Below, one piece after another: positions 13,051 to 24,750 of a DNA stretch of 64,000 nucleotides. Both the position numbers and the translations under genes were made by a program. The notes beneath the pieces were generated by a model. The model did not search any database, was not told the origin of the DNA, and saw only the letters and a list, made by a program, of their open reading frames with translations. Positions within the stretch are counted from its first letter, which is position 1, and each line of letters starts with the position of its first letter. The stretch is from Yuukianura sp. NJ FZ-2021 (lineage: Eukaryota), in NCBI GenBank assembly GCA_046563655.1, contig CM102289.1, forward strand, positions 2,170,001 through 2,234,000, given 5' to 3'.

Positions 13051-13436
13051 TACGTAGGAAAATAAACCTGAGTTCATTTGGTTTTTGAAATATTAATTTT
13101 AATATTTTTTTTAACAAAATCAGTTGTTTTTATTTCCACTCAATCAGAATTTCGTAAAAATTCGGTGAGAATTAGTCGCAGGTGACCTTGGGGAAGATTT
13201 TCTCCGGTCTAGTGCAATGACCTCGCTTGGGGTCAAATTGTTGATTTTCTGGACATGCATAGTTCTTTTTCGTGAAAACTCCAGTTTCATTTGGATCCGT
13301 ACAACGGAAGTACTTGTTACAGTAGCCCGGTTTGATGAATGTGCCCAATGCAGTGCAAGTGTCTAACGAATTTTCGTAAGAATTTCACAAATTGAAAAAA
13401 AAAACTTCTTAAAAACTAACCAAACCTAAATCTAAT

Positions 13437-14015
13437 CTAAATGAAGAACTTACCAGAGTCGCATTTGGCAACTGAAGAAAGTCCAGTAGAAAATCGGTGA
13501 TTGAATCCTATTCTCGCAAGATCCTTGAGGTCACTTTCATTTTCATTGGTGATTTTGACAGAGTGTCCTCTGCAGTTCATTTTTTCGTAAAGAATGATAC
13601 ATTGACTACTGCGCACAATCGACGTCGTAGTTTTGTCCCATCCAAAAGCTACGATGTTGTTGCATCCCGGGTACAAACTCAGGCCAAAACTATTGCCTTC
13701 GAATTCTTTCGCGGAAAATAAAAATATCCTCGGAATCGTGGTCACTGCATCACCTAATACGTTTCCAGCAATAAAATAATTTAAAGCCGTGAAATTTGTT
13801 TTACGTACAAAATGGGATCAGCGTTACAAGTGTTGAGTTTAGGTCTCATTGCGCATGCTCAGGCTTTATTTTTACAAGTTGAATTATAAATGCTTAGATA
13901 ATTGCCATCATACTATAATTGCAAGTGAAGTGCAACAGGAAAAGTGCTTACCAAATTTACCAAGACTGGCGAAAACTAGGAGAAATGAAAGGGTAACAAT
14001 GTGGTTGAAAGCCAT
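13437..14015 (-). CDS. Small secreted beta/gamma-crystallin-like (I36-type fold) protein; exons 14015-13952 and 13753-13437
   Basis: Signal exon MAFNHIVTLSFLLVFASLGKF G|gtaagc joins in phase 1 to DAVTTIPRIFLFSAKEFEG...GCNN...WDKTTTSI...CIILYEKMNCRG...LSSVAKC. Greek-key-like F/Y-x4-F/C-x-G motifs are present. Confidence 0.68.
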
Positions 14016-14378
14016 GTTAAAGCTCACAGAAATTATTTTCAACTGCCAGTATGCCAAGTCTGCTGAGCAACGTAATTTTGAAGCTAAATGTACCAAATTT
14101 TTAATCGACCAATTTAATTAAGGTGTGAAATTTCCAATCAATGCCTTACATTTAATTAACCGCTAACCAACTTAGTGGTACAGACATGATTTATGTCCAG
14201 AAATCCCGTAGTGTGAGCAACCGCAAGGTGCTAAGAAAATCAAAATTATAATTCTTAATTGCTAAGATATGAGCTGTTCCTAAATTAGTCGTCTTTCAAC
14301 CTTTACACGACCATGACGCAAAAGCCTGTAAACTTATTTACAATTCCTTTTTCCAGTTTGGGATCTTTTATGTTATGT

Positions 14379-15916
14379 TCAATCCAATCTGCGTCGCTTG
14401 GTGTCCTCCCAGGGCCGACTAATATACGAAGCTGGAAGTCCACCCGGGTTTTCCTCGTTTTGTCGAAGTTGATCCTGTGGTTCGGCATTTGGAGGTTGAC
14501 CCTGTGGTTCGGCATTTGGAGGTTGACCCTGTGGTTCGGCATTTGGAGGTTGACCCTGTGGTTCGGCATTTGGAGGTTGACCCTGTGGTTCGGCATTTGG
14601 AGGTAATTGTACAATGTCCTGAACTGCGTTAACGTTGCGGAAATCCTGACGACTCATGGCATCCTAAAATCAGAATTTAGATCATTGTGATTAATAATTG
14701 TGTAAGAATGCAGCATGTCTTACTAACTAATTAATGTTCTACTCAACCTCAATCTTCTTTTTTTGTCAATTATATTTATTAAAAACATTCCTCTAAACTA
14801 GGATAATATAAATATGGTCAAAATCATCAAATATGCTATGACAACAATACTTGTAAACCTTGAGTAGAAAGAAAGTCTAAAACCGTTATATGACTAAAAA
14901 AAAAAAGTTAAAGTCTAAGTCGATTGTCAAAAATGTATAATTGTTTCCCCTATCGTCTCATATTCCTCTGGATGCACAGGTTTTCCCTAAACAATTGAAA
15001 CGTATACAAGATGAAATGGGGGCTTTTGCCAAAACATGTTAGGAATCTGAGTCAGGTGAAATAGTATAGTATAAGTGATGCTAAAATCTGAACTCGCTAA
15101 AGCGTTTCACTGGAGTAAATGTTTTAAGCAAAGTTTTAGGCATCGTATCTGCTTCTTGCCTTTTAAAGTTTGAATGCAATTTACAAAGATCTGACTGTCA
15201 ATTAAGCGAGAATCGTTTATCAGGTTCTGAGAAATACTAACCATGATACCAAAATGTTTCACAGGTATAAGCAAGATTAGAGTGTAGGTTTTTTTTATAA
15301 GTAACGCCAAATTAAAAAACAAAACATTACGTGGGATGGAAGGTACTTGAACTCATTGGTGTAAGCCTTCAGCATGTTATCGAAAGTGGGAAAATCTGCG
15401 AATAAAATAAATAACATGTAAGAAGAGATTTAAGAGTACGATTTCCCTATGCTAGTACATGACAACCTACCAGCTCCGATTTCCATTTCGATCTTGTTTA
15501 TAGTTCGCTCGTTCTTATCGAAGATTCGAATGATACCCAATGATTTGAATGTGTGACCGACTTTTTGTTTTTGAGTATGGAAAACGGCTAGAAAGTCATC
15601 CAATGGATTTCCACATTCAACTTCCAAAGGTTTGGTGCCTTCTCCTGTCAAACAAAAATTAGCAGAACATAGTTAAACGTTTAGTTTAAAATAATTTCAA
15701 AGAAAACATTGTTCAAACGCCGCTGTAGACTGGATTTTTACCTGCTACTGTTGCCGGGATATCCAGGGTAAGTTTGACTTTTCGACCAGAGTGGTTCACT
15801 TCCATCCGCCATTTCACGCCGCCAATCGTTTCACGAGAATCGCCCGGAAAAACTGGACGTGTCGCTTTAATGGTAAACGGAAACTCACTCGTGTAAATCG
15901 GCTTGTACCCCTCCAT
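14379..15916 (-). CDS. Possible multi-exon gene of unknown function with a C-terminal (PPNAEPQGQ)n repeat
   Basis: Open segments near 15916-15717, 15646-15470, 15397-15332 and 14663-14379, most with plausible AG/GT boundaries. No recognisable domain, and the exon chain could not be fully closed. Confidence 0.35.
14468..14603. repeat. 27-bp tandem repeat x5
   Basis: Unit gttgaccctgtggttcggcatttggag; copies are near-identical. Confidence 0.95.
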
Positions 15917-16452
15917 TGTAAAATCACTCCAGTATTCAGCAAATCAAATGTAGGAAAACTGAAATTGACTATTGAGAAAGCGATGGTCGGTCTACGAACG
16001 CCTTTGTGTTTTGCAAGAAGTGACGGGCGGCAGTTGTAACTCAAACGGAGGTCCGGGCAACAATGACAGAGGTCAAACCAAAATCAGCTCAAACAGTCAA
16101 AAGTAACTCGTCAAGAAAAATAGTTTTGATTGTAAGGCTCTTCCCCATTGCCTATTGCTTTGCAAACGACCTCTAAAAAAGGTTAAAGGGAACACTATCA
16201 TTGCTTATCCCAAGCCGTCAACCTCACACACATTCAAGAATACTTTCAGAATGGGATTAAACATGCTAGAAAGAATAGGCGTTTATTTTAGGTTTTACAT
16301 GTAATACTCATTTTAGTTTCGAGGTTTGCTTAATCCAGAGTTTACTCCGTTTTTACAATCTTTACTATAGTTAGAAAGGTGTTTGAACTTTTAACTAAAA
16401 ATACAAGCGGGCCCAAGCTAGCAAAGGAAGTAAGTTTTGGTGCAACCTGAAA

Positions 16453-18824
16453 CTACTGTTCTTCGGGTGCGTTAAATGTAGGATCTACTGACCAATCAGA
16501 GAATCCAGAAGATCCAATCAACCATGGCCAATAAATAAGTTGAAACACGATAAACATTACTAAATACAACGGTACTAAAAACCGCTCGATTCTGCGCCCT
16601 AGCTCAACTCCGCGTAACGACTTGAAACTGCTCCACAGCTTCACCTGAACGACTTCGGAATCTACCATTACCGAATTCAGCATTTGTTGCTTTTCACGAA
16701 GTTCAATCTCATTGCCACCCTAAAAGTTAATATTTTGTATTAAAATTTAAAAAAAACACTTTTTGCTTTTGAAAAATTTTGGAAAAAGTAAATTCTCACA
16801 TTTCCTTTTTCGGTTCCTGCTTTTTCCTCTTCTTCCTTCGTTAACCCAAACCTTTTAAAATATTTTCAAAAACTTTTTTTAACGGAAAATGAATAAATTT
16901 ATGGAAACACACAAAAATTAAATACGTGAAACCTCATGCTAAAGTACTTCACAAGCTAAAAAGAGTGGTAAATTTGTTAGACATACCAAATGAGAAGAGC
17001 GAATTCCAAGAGACACAGAAAGACAAATATGACGCATGCGATCATCCAAATGTCAATGCCCTTGACATAACTGACAATCGGTGAGCTCTCACTACAGAAA
17101 TTTTTTTCAAAATTTCATTAGACATGTTTTTTTCAAAAACACAAAGACAGCACGGTAATGGTAAAAACTGACCGTACGGATGCAAACATAGCTGAAACGG
17201 AAGAAAAGTTCAAAAAATATTAGACTTACAGAAATTCTGATTTTGAATTAGCATTGCATAGTAAAAAATAACGTGGCGGGAAAACATTTAGGCTTGATGT
17301 ATGTAACCTGTAAGTGTGAGGAGCGTCGTCATTGTAATTCCAATACGACATTCTACCATGTTCGGTGGAATGAAAAAACATAGCCATGTGATTGCAATGA
17401 AAAATACGCTGGGAACGTACGTTTGTATTAAATGATAACTCATTTTTCTTCTTGCTTTGACGCTGAATGACAAGACGTAGAATGTATCATCTGCGTCAAA
17501 AATATTTCGAAAGTTAAACCGTTCAAATTTTAGCACATTTTATGATAAGCCTACTTACTTTTTTTGGGTGGTGGTTTTCCATCGGATGAACCGAAGATGT
17601 CAAATGCTATTTGCTGGGGATCAAAATCCAAACTATCTTCAACCAAAAGTTCAACTTTGGGCTCCGTTACTTGAATTTCAAAATTTGTATTTTGTCGGTC
17701 GTAAACATACAAACTTGGTTTCGGTTCTCCCCACTCTAACTCCAGTTCAGTCGCAACAAAGGAGTCTGTTAAAGGTCAAAGGTCAAAGGTCAATGACCTC
17801 AGTAATGTTTTTGGTTAGATTTTAACATATTTTTGTGCATTTGAATTGAAAGATTCCTTACAGCTTCGAATTCTAAACGGGCATTCTTGACTGTCGGCCG
17901 GGTAAAAGTGAAAATCCATGCCACAGCTCAAGGTCACAGAAATGCGGCTCTGAAGAATCAAAGTTCCGTCGGATTTGTAAACAAGTTTTATTGGTTTGCC
18001 TATAAACTCCGGGCGGGAAGTTTCAATCAAGCTTTCTAAAATTTTGAAAGAAAAAAAAATCCGTTTCAGCGACTTACTATGTTTAGTTTTGTAGAAACTA
18101 AAAATTTGAAAGAATTTTACCCATAAACAAATCTGGTTTCCAAATTTTTGCTAGGAAACTTGGATCAAGTTTTTTGCTTTTTGTTTCAGGCGTTTCGTCC
18201 AAAGAAATTACAAATCCTTCTCCTGAAGGATTAATCACTTCTTGATTTGCTTTGGAAATTTGCCCGTCAGTCCACCACAACCGTACGTCCATCACAACGC
18301 TAATTTTCTACGTTACCGTCAGTTTCAACCAAATTTGACAAAATTTTTTAAGGATTTTAGTCTATTTTCAAATTTCTTACGCCGTCTAATTCATTCAAGT
18401 CTTGAATTTCCCGCACACGCACATGCACTGCGATGATGAGAGCTGATGGATTTAATCCGAAAATTTCAGCTGTGAACGAAAAAGGTGGAATTTAAGTCAA
18501 GCAAAATTAAACTGCGCATGTGCAAAACTCATCATTTCACTCACCTTCATTTGGAATTTCAAATTTGTTGTAATCTTCTGGCAAGTACAGCTCGCCTTTC
18601 CTCAAAGTCCGATTTTTCTTAGGAATTACTGCATCACTTCCATCTTCTTCTTCAGGTGGAAGGATATTACCCGCTTCAGTTGTTGACGTTCTCACCCTCT
18701 CAGTAGAAGTGGAGATAATCAAACTATTTACAATTTAAAAAAAGTTAAGGTCAAAGTGTGTTTAAAATATTCAATAACAAAAATGATCTTACACTAAGAC
18801 AAGCAAATATGATCTGCTAAACAT
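16453..18824 (-). CDS. Cys-loop ligand-gated ion channel subunit (GABA/Gly/pHCl-type architecture, divergent)
   Basis: Signal MFSRSYLLVLVLIISTS; IWKPDLF; Cys loop CGMDFHFYPADSQEC; M1 YHLIQTYVPS; M2 RIGITMTTLLTLTAMF; M3 VSYVKGIDIWMIACVIFVFLCLLEFA; M4 RFLVPLYLVMFIVFQLIYW. About 11 exons splice in phase. Confidence 0.92.
17773..17799. promoter_or_regulatory. Compound nuclear-receptor-type element (AGGTCA DR1-DR1 plus perfect IR1)
   Basis: AGGTCA-a-AGGTCA-a-AGGTCA-a-TGACCT inside a short intron of the channel gene. Function is unproven. Confidence 0.35.
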
Positions 18825-19133
18825 CCTGATAGTTTGTCCTTCCTTCGACTCTGAATTCAACTGACGTGAATGCAAATCCTCAAGGATTTCAAAGTGCTAG
18901 AATATAATTACTGATCTAATGCGGTTTTCGCAAAAACAAGTTTTGACCACCACAAGTAAGTTAAAAAAACATAGAGCATGAGAGGGGCACGACGAAGATT
19001 TTCGTGACGCGTTAAAAACATCTTCGATTCCCTATGGAAATCTAACAAATTGAACCACAACATGAAAAGTCTAGACGTAAGATATGTCTGCAAAAAACAT
19101 TATTAAAAGCCGTCAATACTCATTGCTACTTAA

Positions 19134-19715
19134 GGACGTGTGATATGCGTCTAATAAACAATAATCGTTAAACTTAGTTACCACGATAACCGAGCTTGTT
19201 CAGTTAGTAAAAGATGCAGACATCGACAAAAAGAAACACCCTCGTGAGTGGTGAAAAAGGATCAGTGCAAAGATGATAAAAAAAAAGTATGCACTTTCAA
19301 ACAAACAAAATACTGACACAAGTTCGGTTGCCGTCGTCTGGGTTTCGTCAACAATTTTTCTGAGGCTGCGACATTGAAATTGAAAAATGATCTGGGACAG
19401 CGTAGGAATGTCGTACAGTGACCCACAGTATATCAAACTTTAGGAAAAGACTTGATCTAGTACCTCGCTAAAAAAAAATTACAAAATTTTAGTTGTAACT
19501 GTAAAAAAAATGGACCCAAACATTCCACCTCCATATTTACATAGATGGAACTAAAACTTTGTAATTTTTTTTAGCGAGGTACTAGATCAAGTCTTTTCCT
19601 AAAGTTTGATATATTGTGGGTCATTGTACGACCTTTCTACGATGTCCGAGATCATTTTTAATTTCATGTGTTACAGCGGCATTTTGACCCCCAGTTTCCA
19701 GGGTGTCCGCTCACC
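19134..19715. mobile_element. Kolobok-like non-autonomous DNA transposon, copy 2
   Basis: ttaa|ggacgtg...ctcacc|ttaa; homologous to 8014-8576; has a strong internal inverted repeat at about 19400-19640. Confidence 0.72.
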
Positions 19716-22700
19716 TTAATTAAAAAATTTTTTGGGGTAATTCTTGGTGTCACGTTTTGTTGATCAAAATTACGTCAAATGTAAACATACCACACAAACA
19801 GCTTCAGTGAAAAATTATTATCGTCACGGTATAAATAATGAAGGACTTGCTAACGTTTTTTTTTACTTTGAATATTTTATTTCCAATTTACACAACAAAT
19901 TCAATCCGAAAATCAAATATCTTTGAAATTCACAACAGCAATGGACAGCATATGTGCCTTAAACATTTTTAATTTTTGTCATCGTATTTGAAGCAATATC
20001 AGATCTGTACACTGTGAGCATTTTTTTCAACAAAAAGACTAATAAATCGGTCATATTTTCAAAATTATACGTCATATTTTCAAAATTTCAAAATATAAGG
20101 TTTTTACAACTTTACAAAAGACTGACTTGAGCTCGAAAGTTTCTAACACTCAAATGTACATTGAAATGCTCGAGAGTGCTAAGAGTGCTGTTTGAAATTG
20201 CTATTGGATAACACATAAGAGCAAGGTAAAACACTCAATTGTAGAGAAAAGCCTTTTGCACTAAAGAAAAACTGTAGTTTGTACAGTCCGGATGACTGAT
20301 GTGATTATGCTATGTATAAAAACTTGAGAATATGTAACTTGTTCTTGATAGACGGAGGTCAGAGGTCAAGTGCCGCTGCTTAGCGAAATCGTTCATAACC
20401 ACATTGGACTCCAATGTGCTCCGTAGGTTGTCTGAAAGCTCTGGATTTTGGTGATTCATCCAACCAAAAATTGTCTTCATATGCAACATTAGAAAACGTA
20501 GCTCCGCAGAGCTTTTTGCTCTTCTTCTGCACAGAGAAGCAAAAGAAAAAAATGAGTTTAAATATCCACATTAGATTTCTATTTTTAAATAGATTTTAAC
20601 TCGACATTTAATTAAGTTTTTCATCTTTTTTAACTACCTACAAATGTTTTTTCCCTTACCAATGGTTTCCTGTTGGATTCTTTTGTATGGAAAATGGATT
20701 TCCAGTGCTTTCGGCAGTATTCTGAGCCATTTCGAAGCAAAGAGGCCACTCCCGATGCACTGCCCATGATGCTGGAAATACTTTAAGTGGAGCTTTAGTG
20801 AAAGAAACTCAAAGTGTTTGTGCAGAGGTGTCTAAATTATTCAAAAATGGACTTGCGATAGATTAAAATAAGGGCTGAAAAGAGTTTCTACTAGTTTGAT
20901 TTTGAAATCTTGCAGTTAAATTCAAGTTCAACTTGAGGAATAGCTAAGCGATAGTGCTTTTTTTTTTTACAACACTCTGAATGTTTACAGTTCTACTTGC
21001 AATGACTGATAAATTTGTGCTAGATAAGCAATTCATAAAAACATTATAACTGCGTTAATGCTCAAGTACTTTCATCATTAATTCGCATTGTGTTTTAACT
21101 ACTAACAAATAATTTGAATTTCGCGTAGGTCAGGAAGTAATAAACAAAACTTTTTTATGAGTTTAGTTTGATTCGAATTTTTCAGTTTCAAAAACTCTCT
21201 ACCTAAATTTTGAAATTTTTGAACCTCCTTATGCAGTCAAAGGAAATTTTACACGACAAGAACCAAATAAATTTGAAAATTAAACAAAATAGAGGATTTT
21301 TATTAGGTACTGTGAATGACGCCATGCATTTTGTTATTCAATTTCAAAATCAAGTCTAGAGATGTGCAATCAAAAAATATGACACTTTGGAATGTCTTTT
21401 AAAATTTGTTTCTTGTATAAACAATAAACACTGGTCTTTATGACTAGACTTCTACTTTCGTTTGGAATCTCGTAACACGGCGGAAAGCGAATTTCAAAAT
21501 TGTCTTTTTGTCACTCGATGCTTCTGAAATCCGATGACAAACGGCTGGTTGAGATGAATATGCTAACCAACGCATCAAAATGACCATCCAGAGGTCAAAT
21601 GTCACCATTTTCCATTTGTCCTTCTTGCAAGCAATTACAAATCAATGACTCAGCGGTTCAGTTTAAATCTAACGTCCGAATTCAGTTTGGACTCAGTTTC
21701 TAAAGTCTTGTTGACATCTTCGGTCCAGTTTCCGTCCAAAATAAAATGGACACAAATTCGCCCCAGGCAGGATCAAGCGGACAAGTAACCTTACCTGCAC
21801 ATGTTGTAAGCCACAAACACGCAAAATATAAATACAGCGAACGTCGTTGTACTTAAAATTTGCAAAAACAAAACTAAAAAGCAACATACTAAAAATTAAT
21901 TTTAACTTTTGCATAAAATTTATAAAGCCGGATCCAATTCGTGCTGGAGCAAAGTATCTGAAAGCAATTAAGGCCTACCGCTTAGACCATTTCAAAGAAT
22001 GTGTTGTCCTGTTGAACGAATGAGGGGTTACAGCCTGTGCAACCCACCCTTAAGTCAACCAGAAGTTCATCTCCGTCTCTCTCGTCAGTCTCCGTCAGTC
22101 AGTCGGATTCCCCCCTCCAACACATCAACATCTCTGCCTGGTTCCTTTTTCTTTCAATTAAAACTTAATTCTAAATTAAAACTTAAACTTAAAACTAAAC
22201 TTTAAATAAACGGAGTATCAACTCCTTTCCCGAGCATCACCATCATCAGTTGTTCCTGCCTTTTGTTTCCTTGAGCTTTCCATTAGCTCTCAGAGTGGTG
22301 GACGATCTTCGACGCGAACAAAGGGACCGGAAGCAACTGCCAACGACCTCTCCACTGACCTTCATTGCCGGATTCAAGCAGTAACCGTCGCCGTTCAGCG
22401 AATATCGGTAAAGTAAATCATCTGATTTTTGAAATGTAGGCATTGTAGCCTGTAATTCGCCTCGTACGATTGCTGCCCCTCCCCCCTCTATCCGTTTTAT
22501 CCCGTTTTGCAGGTCAGAGGTCACGCCAGTGGCGTGGAGCTCAGTTGGTAGAGCAGTTTAGCGTTTTTTTCTGGTAAAGCAAGTTAGTTTTGGTGGATTA
22601 CGGTGGTTTATTGAGTCCCTACGAGCATCATTTCATTTGTCCTTGCCCCACCTTCCCGTTTTCCCCATTTTTAGGCAGTTTTGAGGTCAGTTTGACCCCG

Positions 22701-23149
22701 AATCATCGATTTTTAGCCACAAAAGAGGGAAAATTCAAGATGGTGGCTGGGACGCGTGGAAGGAAGGAAGCCGTCATGGACGCTCAGAGGTGGTGAGGAG
22801 GTTGAAGGAGTCAACCCCTCCTTCAGTATACACGCTAGCTGCGGATCTCCCTCTTCTTTCCCTCTTTTCCCCTCTTTTCAGCAGCGTCTCCTCTAACCAT
22901 CACGAAACACCACTACTTTTGCAATTGCAATTGCAAAATTGCAAAACGCAGTTGCACTACAGCAACGCCTGTTCCCTTGTACCCCACACTCCTATCCTTC
23001 AGTTCCTTTTAACAATTTCTTTTTTTGCAGGACGAAACTACAAAACCCTAATTAATTACAAAGTTTGGGAAATCTGATTTCACAATTATTGGTTCTTTTG
23101 CTAAAATCTTTTCTTTTGAGTTTCAGTTAATTCGATTTGATTTCCTGAG

Positions 23150-24511
23150 ATGAGTCAGCAGCCTATCTACGCAAATTCACCCAAGATGAGCTCAAATAAT
23201 CTACGTACCCCGGATGGAAGACCCATTTGCAATTTTTGCAGATTTCCTGGCCATATCAAGAGAACCTGCCCCCGCTACAGAAATCGACACCGATCTACGC
23301 AAGGAATCATGCCTGTCCCATTGATGTCTCTTCAATTCGACGCTACGCCTAGTCCAAATCAACGCCAAATTCCACTATCCAGAAGCCCGTCATGTTCTTC
23401 CTGTGGATTAGAAGATTCCCTAGCCCCGATTCTTTCCGGAATTTTGCAGATGCTGCAGGAAATCATTCGTCGTTTGCCAGCAGCAGCTCCCGATTCCCCC
23501 CAATCCACAGGAACCCCATCGAAGTCGACTTGTTCCACCCAAACCGACCACGCTCCATCGCCACCTCAAGTTGAAACTCCGTCACCTCCGATTACTCCAG
23601 AACTTCCAGAGCCTGTGATCATCCCTCCTGTCCTAAATTCGGTACCTAATCCTAACCCTATTTATGTCAGTTTGAGAGACCCCGAATCCGTTTTTGTCCC
23701 CCCTACTCCAGTCGCCATGCCCGTTCTCCCAGTTACAGGCATCTTTCCTCTTTCTCACACTTTAGGTGATCGACGTAAGATTTTCCGCCTCGGAGATATT
23801 CCTGAGAGCTGGATGAGGGAGAAGGAATGGGAGATTGCCATGGTCTACCACGAACTTGACTTCTACACTCCAATCTTCGGCAGTCTTTTGATCAATGACA
23901 TAGACCCTCCTCTCCAAAAGTATTTCCTTTCCCATGTTGATCACGGACTCCAAGTTCTTGAGAAGTTGAAGCTCCTAGATGACTTCCGTGACTCCTTGCC
24001 TAGTTTCCTTGATTGGGAAGCGCTAATGGTTCAGCGTGGATTGCCTTGCCCCGCCCGATTTAGTGACCCGGAGCCTCCAGCCCCACGTCATGATGCCATT
24101 GTACTTTCTGCACTCTCCTGTGACAAGTCCGGTTTGGTCACGGAACAAGTTCAACTTCCCCGTTTTCGCCTTTTCCAGAACTTTCGCTTCAAGAAAGACG
24201 TGACACCGAAGAAGCCCTCCTTTTCACTTGGATCAAACCCATCGAAGTTTGTTCGTTTGGCAAAACAGTACCTGGACTTCCATTTTCCCGCCAAAGTTTA
24301 CCCAGATCGAGGCCAGGATATTGTTGACCTTTTGGACCCCCAACTCCAGATCTACTTTACCCTTGGATGTGAAACCGAAGAAACTGTTCGTCGCCGTCTT
24401 CTTCTCCTGAACAGTTTCCGCCGTTCCCTTCCCAATTTTTTAGATTGGAAATCCATGATGGTCACTGAAGAATTGCCTTGCCCTCCTCCTCGCCCTGGAT
24501 TTGGTATGTAA
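23150..24511 (+). CDS. 453-aa LTR-element protein: N-terminal CCHC zinc knuckle, Pro-rich linker, duplicated unknown domain
   Basis: RTPDGRPICNFCRFPGHIKRTC (C-x2-C-x4-H-x4-C) and two copies of LDF..P...DP.LQ.YF....L.LL..FR.SLP.FLDW...MV...LPCP. Confidence 0.85.
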   Translation: MSQQPIYANSPKMSSNNLRTPDGRPICNFCRFPGHIKRTCPRYRNRHRSTQGIMPVPLMSLQFDATPSPNQRQIPLSRSPSCSSCGLEDSLAPILSGILQMLQEIIRRLPAAAPDSPQSTGTPSKSTCSTQTDHAPSPPQVETPSPPITPELPEPVIIPPVLNSVPNPNPIYVSLRDPESVFVPPTPVAMPVLPVTGIFPLSHTLGDRRKIFRLGDIPESWMREKEWEIAMVYHELDFYTPIFGSLLINDIDPPLQKYFLSHVDHGLQVLEKLKLLDDFRDSLPSFLDWEALMVQRGLPCPARFSDPEPPAPRHDAIVLSALSCDKSGLVTEQVQLPRFRLFQNFRFKKDVTPKKPSFSLGSNPSKFVRLAKQYLDFHFPAKVYPDRGQDIVDLLDPQLQIYFTLGCETEETVRRRLLLLNSFRRSLPNFLDWKSMMVTEELPCPPPRPGFGM

Positions 24512-24559
24512 GTTTCTTCAGTCCTCCCCGAATTTGGTAAGGGTATTGTGTCTTTGAAA

Positions 24560-24750
24560 TTGGGGTGAAATATGCCTCTGGTTTTGTGGTTGGTTTAATT
24601 GAAGTGAAACATGCTTCTGTTTTTGTCTTTTGATTCGTATTGAGGTGAAACATGCTTCTTATTTTGTCTTTTGTCTTTGCATTGCGGTGAAATATGCTGC
24701 TGGATTTACTTTGGTGTCTATTGGGGTGAAACATGCCTCTGGATTTGATT
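24560..24750. repeat. ~40-bp imperfect tandem repeat x5 in the 3' untranslated region of the LTR element
   Basis: Core gtgaaa(c/t)atgc(c/t)tctg recurs at about 24566, 24604, 24645, 24688 and 24726. Confidence 0.8.

Noticed and set aside
14468..14603. CRISPR-like array
   Set aside because: The repeats are directly adjacent with no spacers, there are no cas genes, and the context is eukaryotic.
22525..22600. Complete tRNA gene
   Set aside because: Only a D-arm/A-box-like half is present; no T-arm/B-box or acceptor pairing follows.
24560..24750. Repeat-spacer-like pattern after the LTR ORF
   Set aside because: The cores are degenerate and the intervening sequences are related T-rich DNA, so this is an ordinary imperfect tandem repeat.
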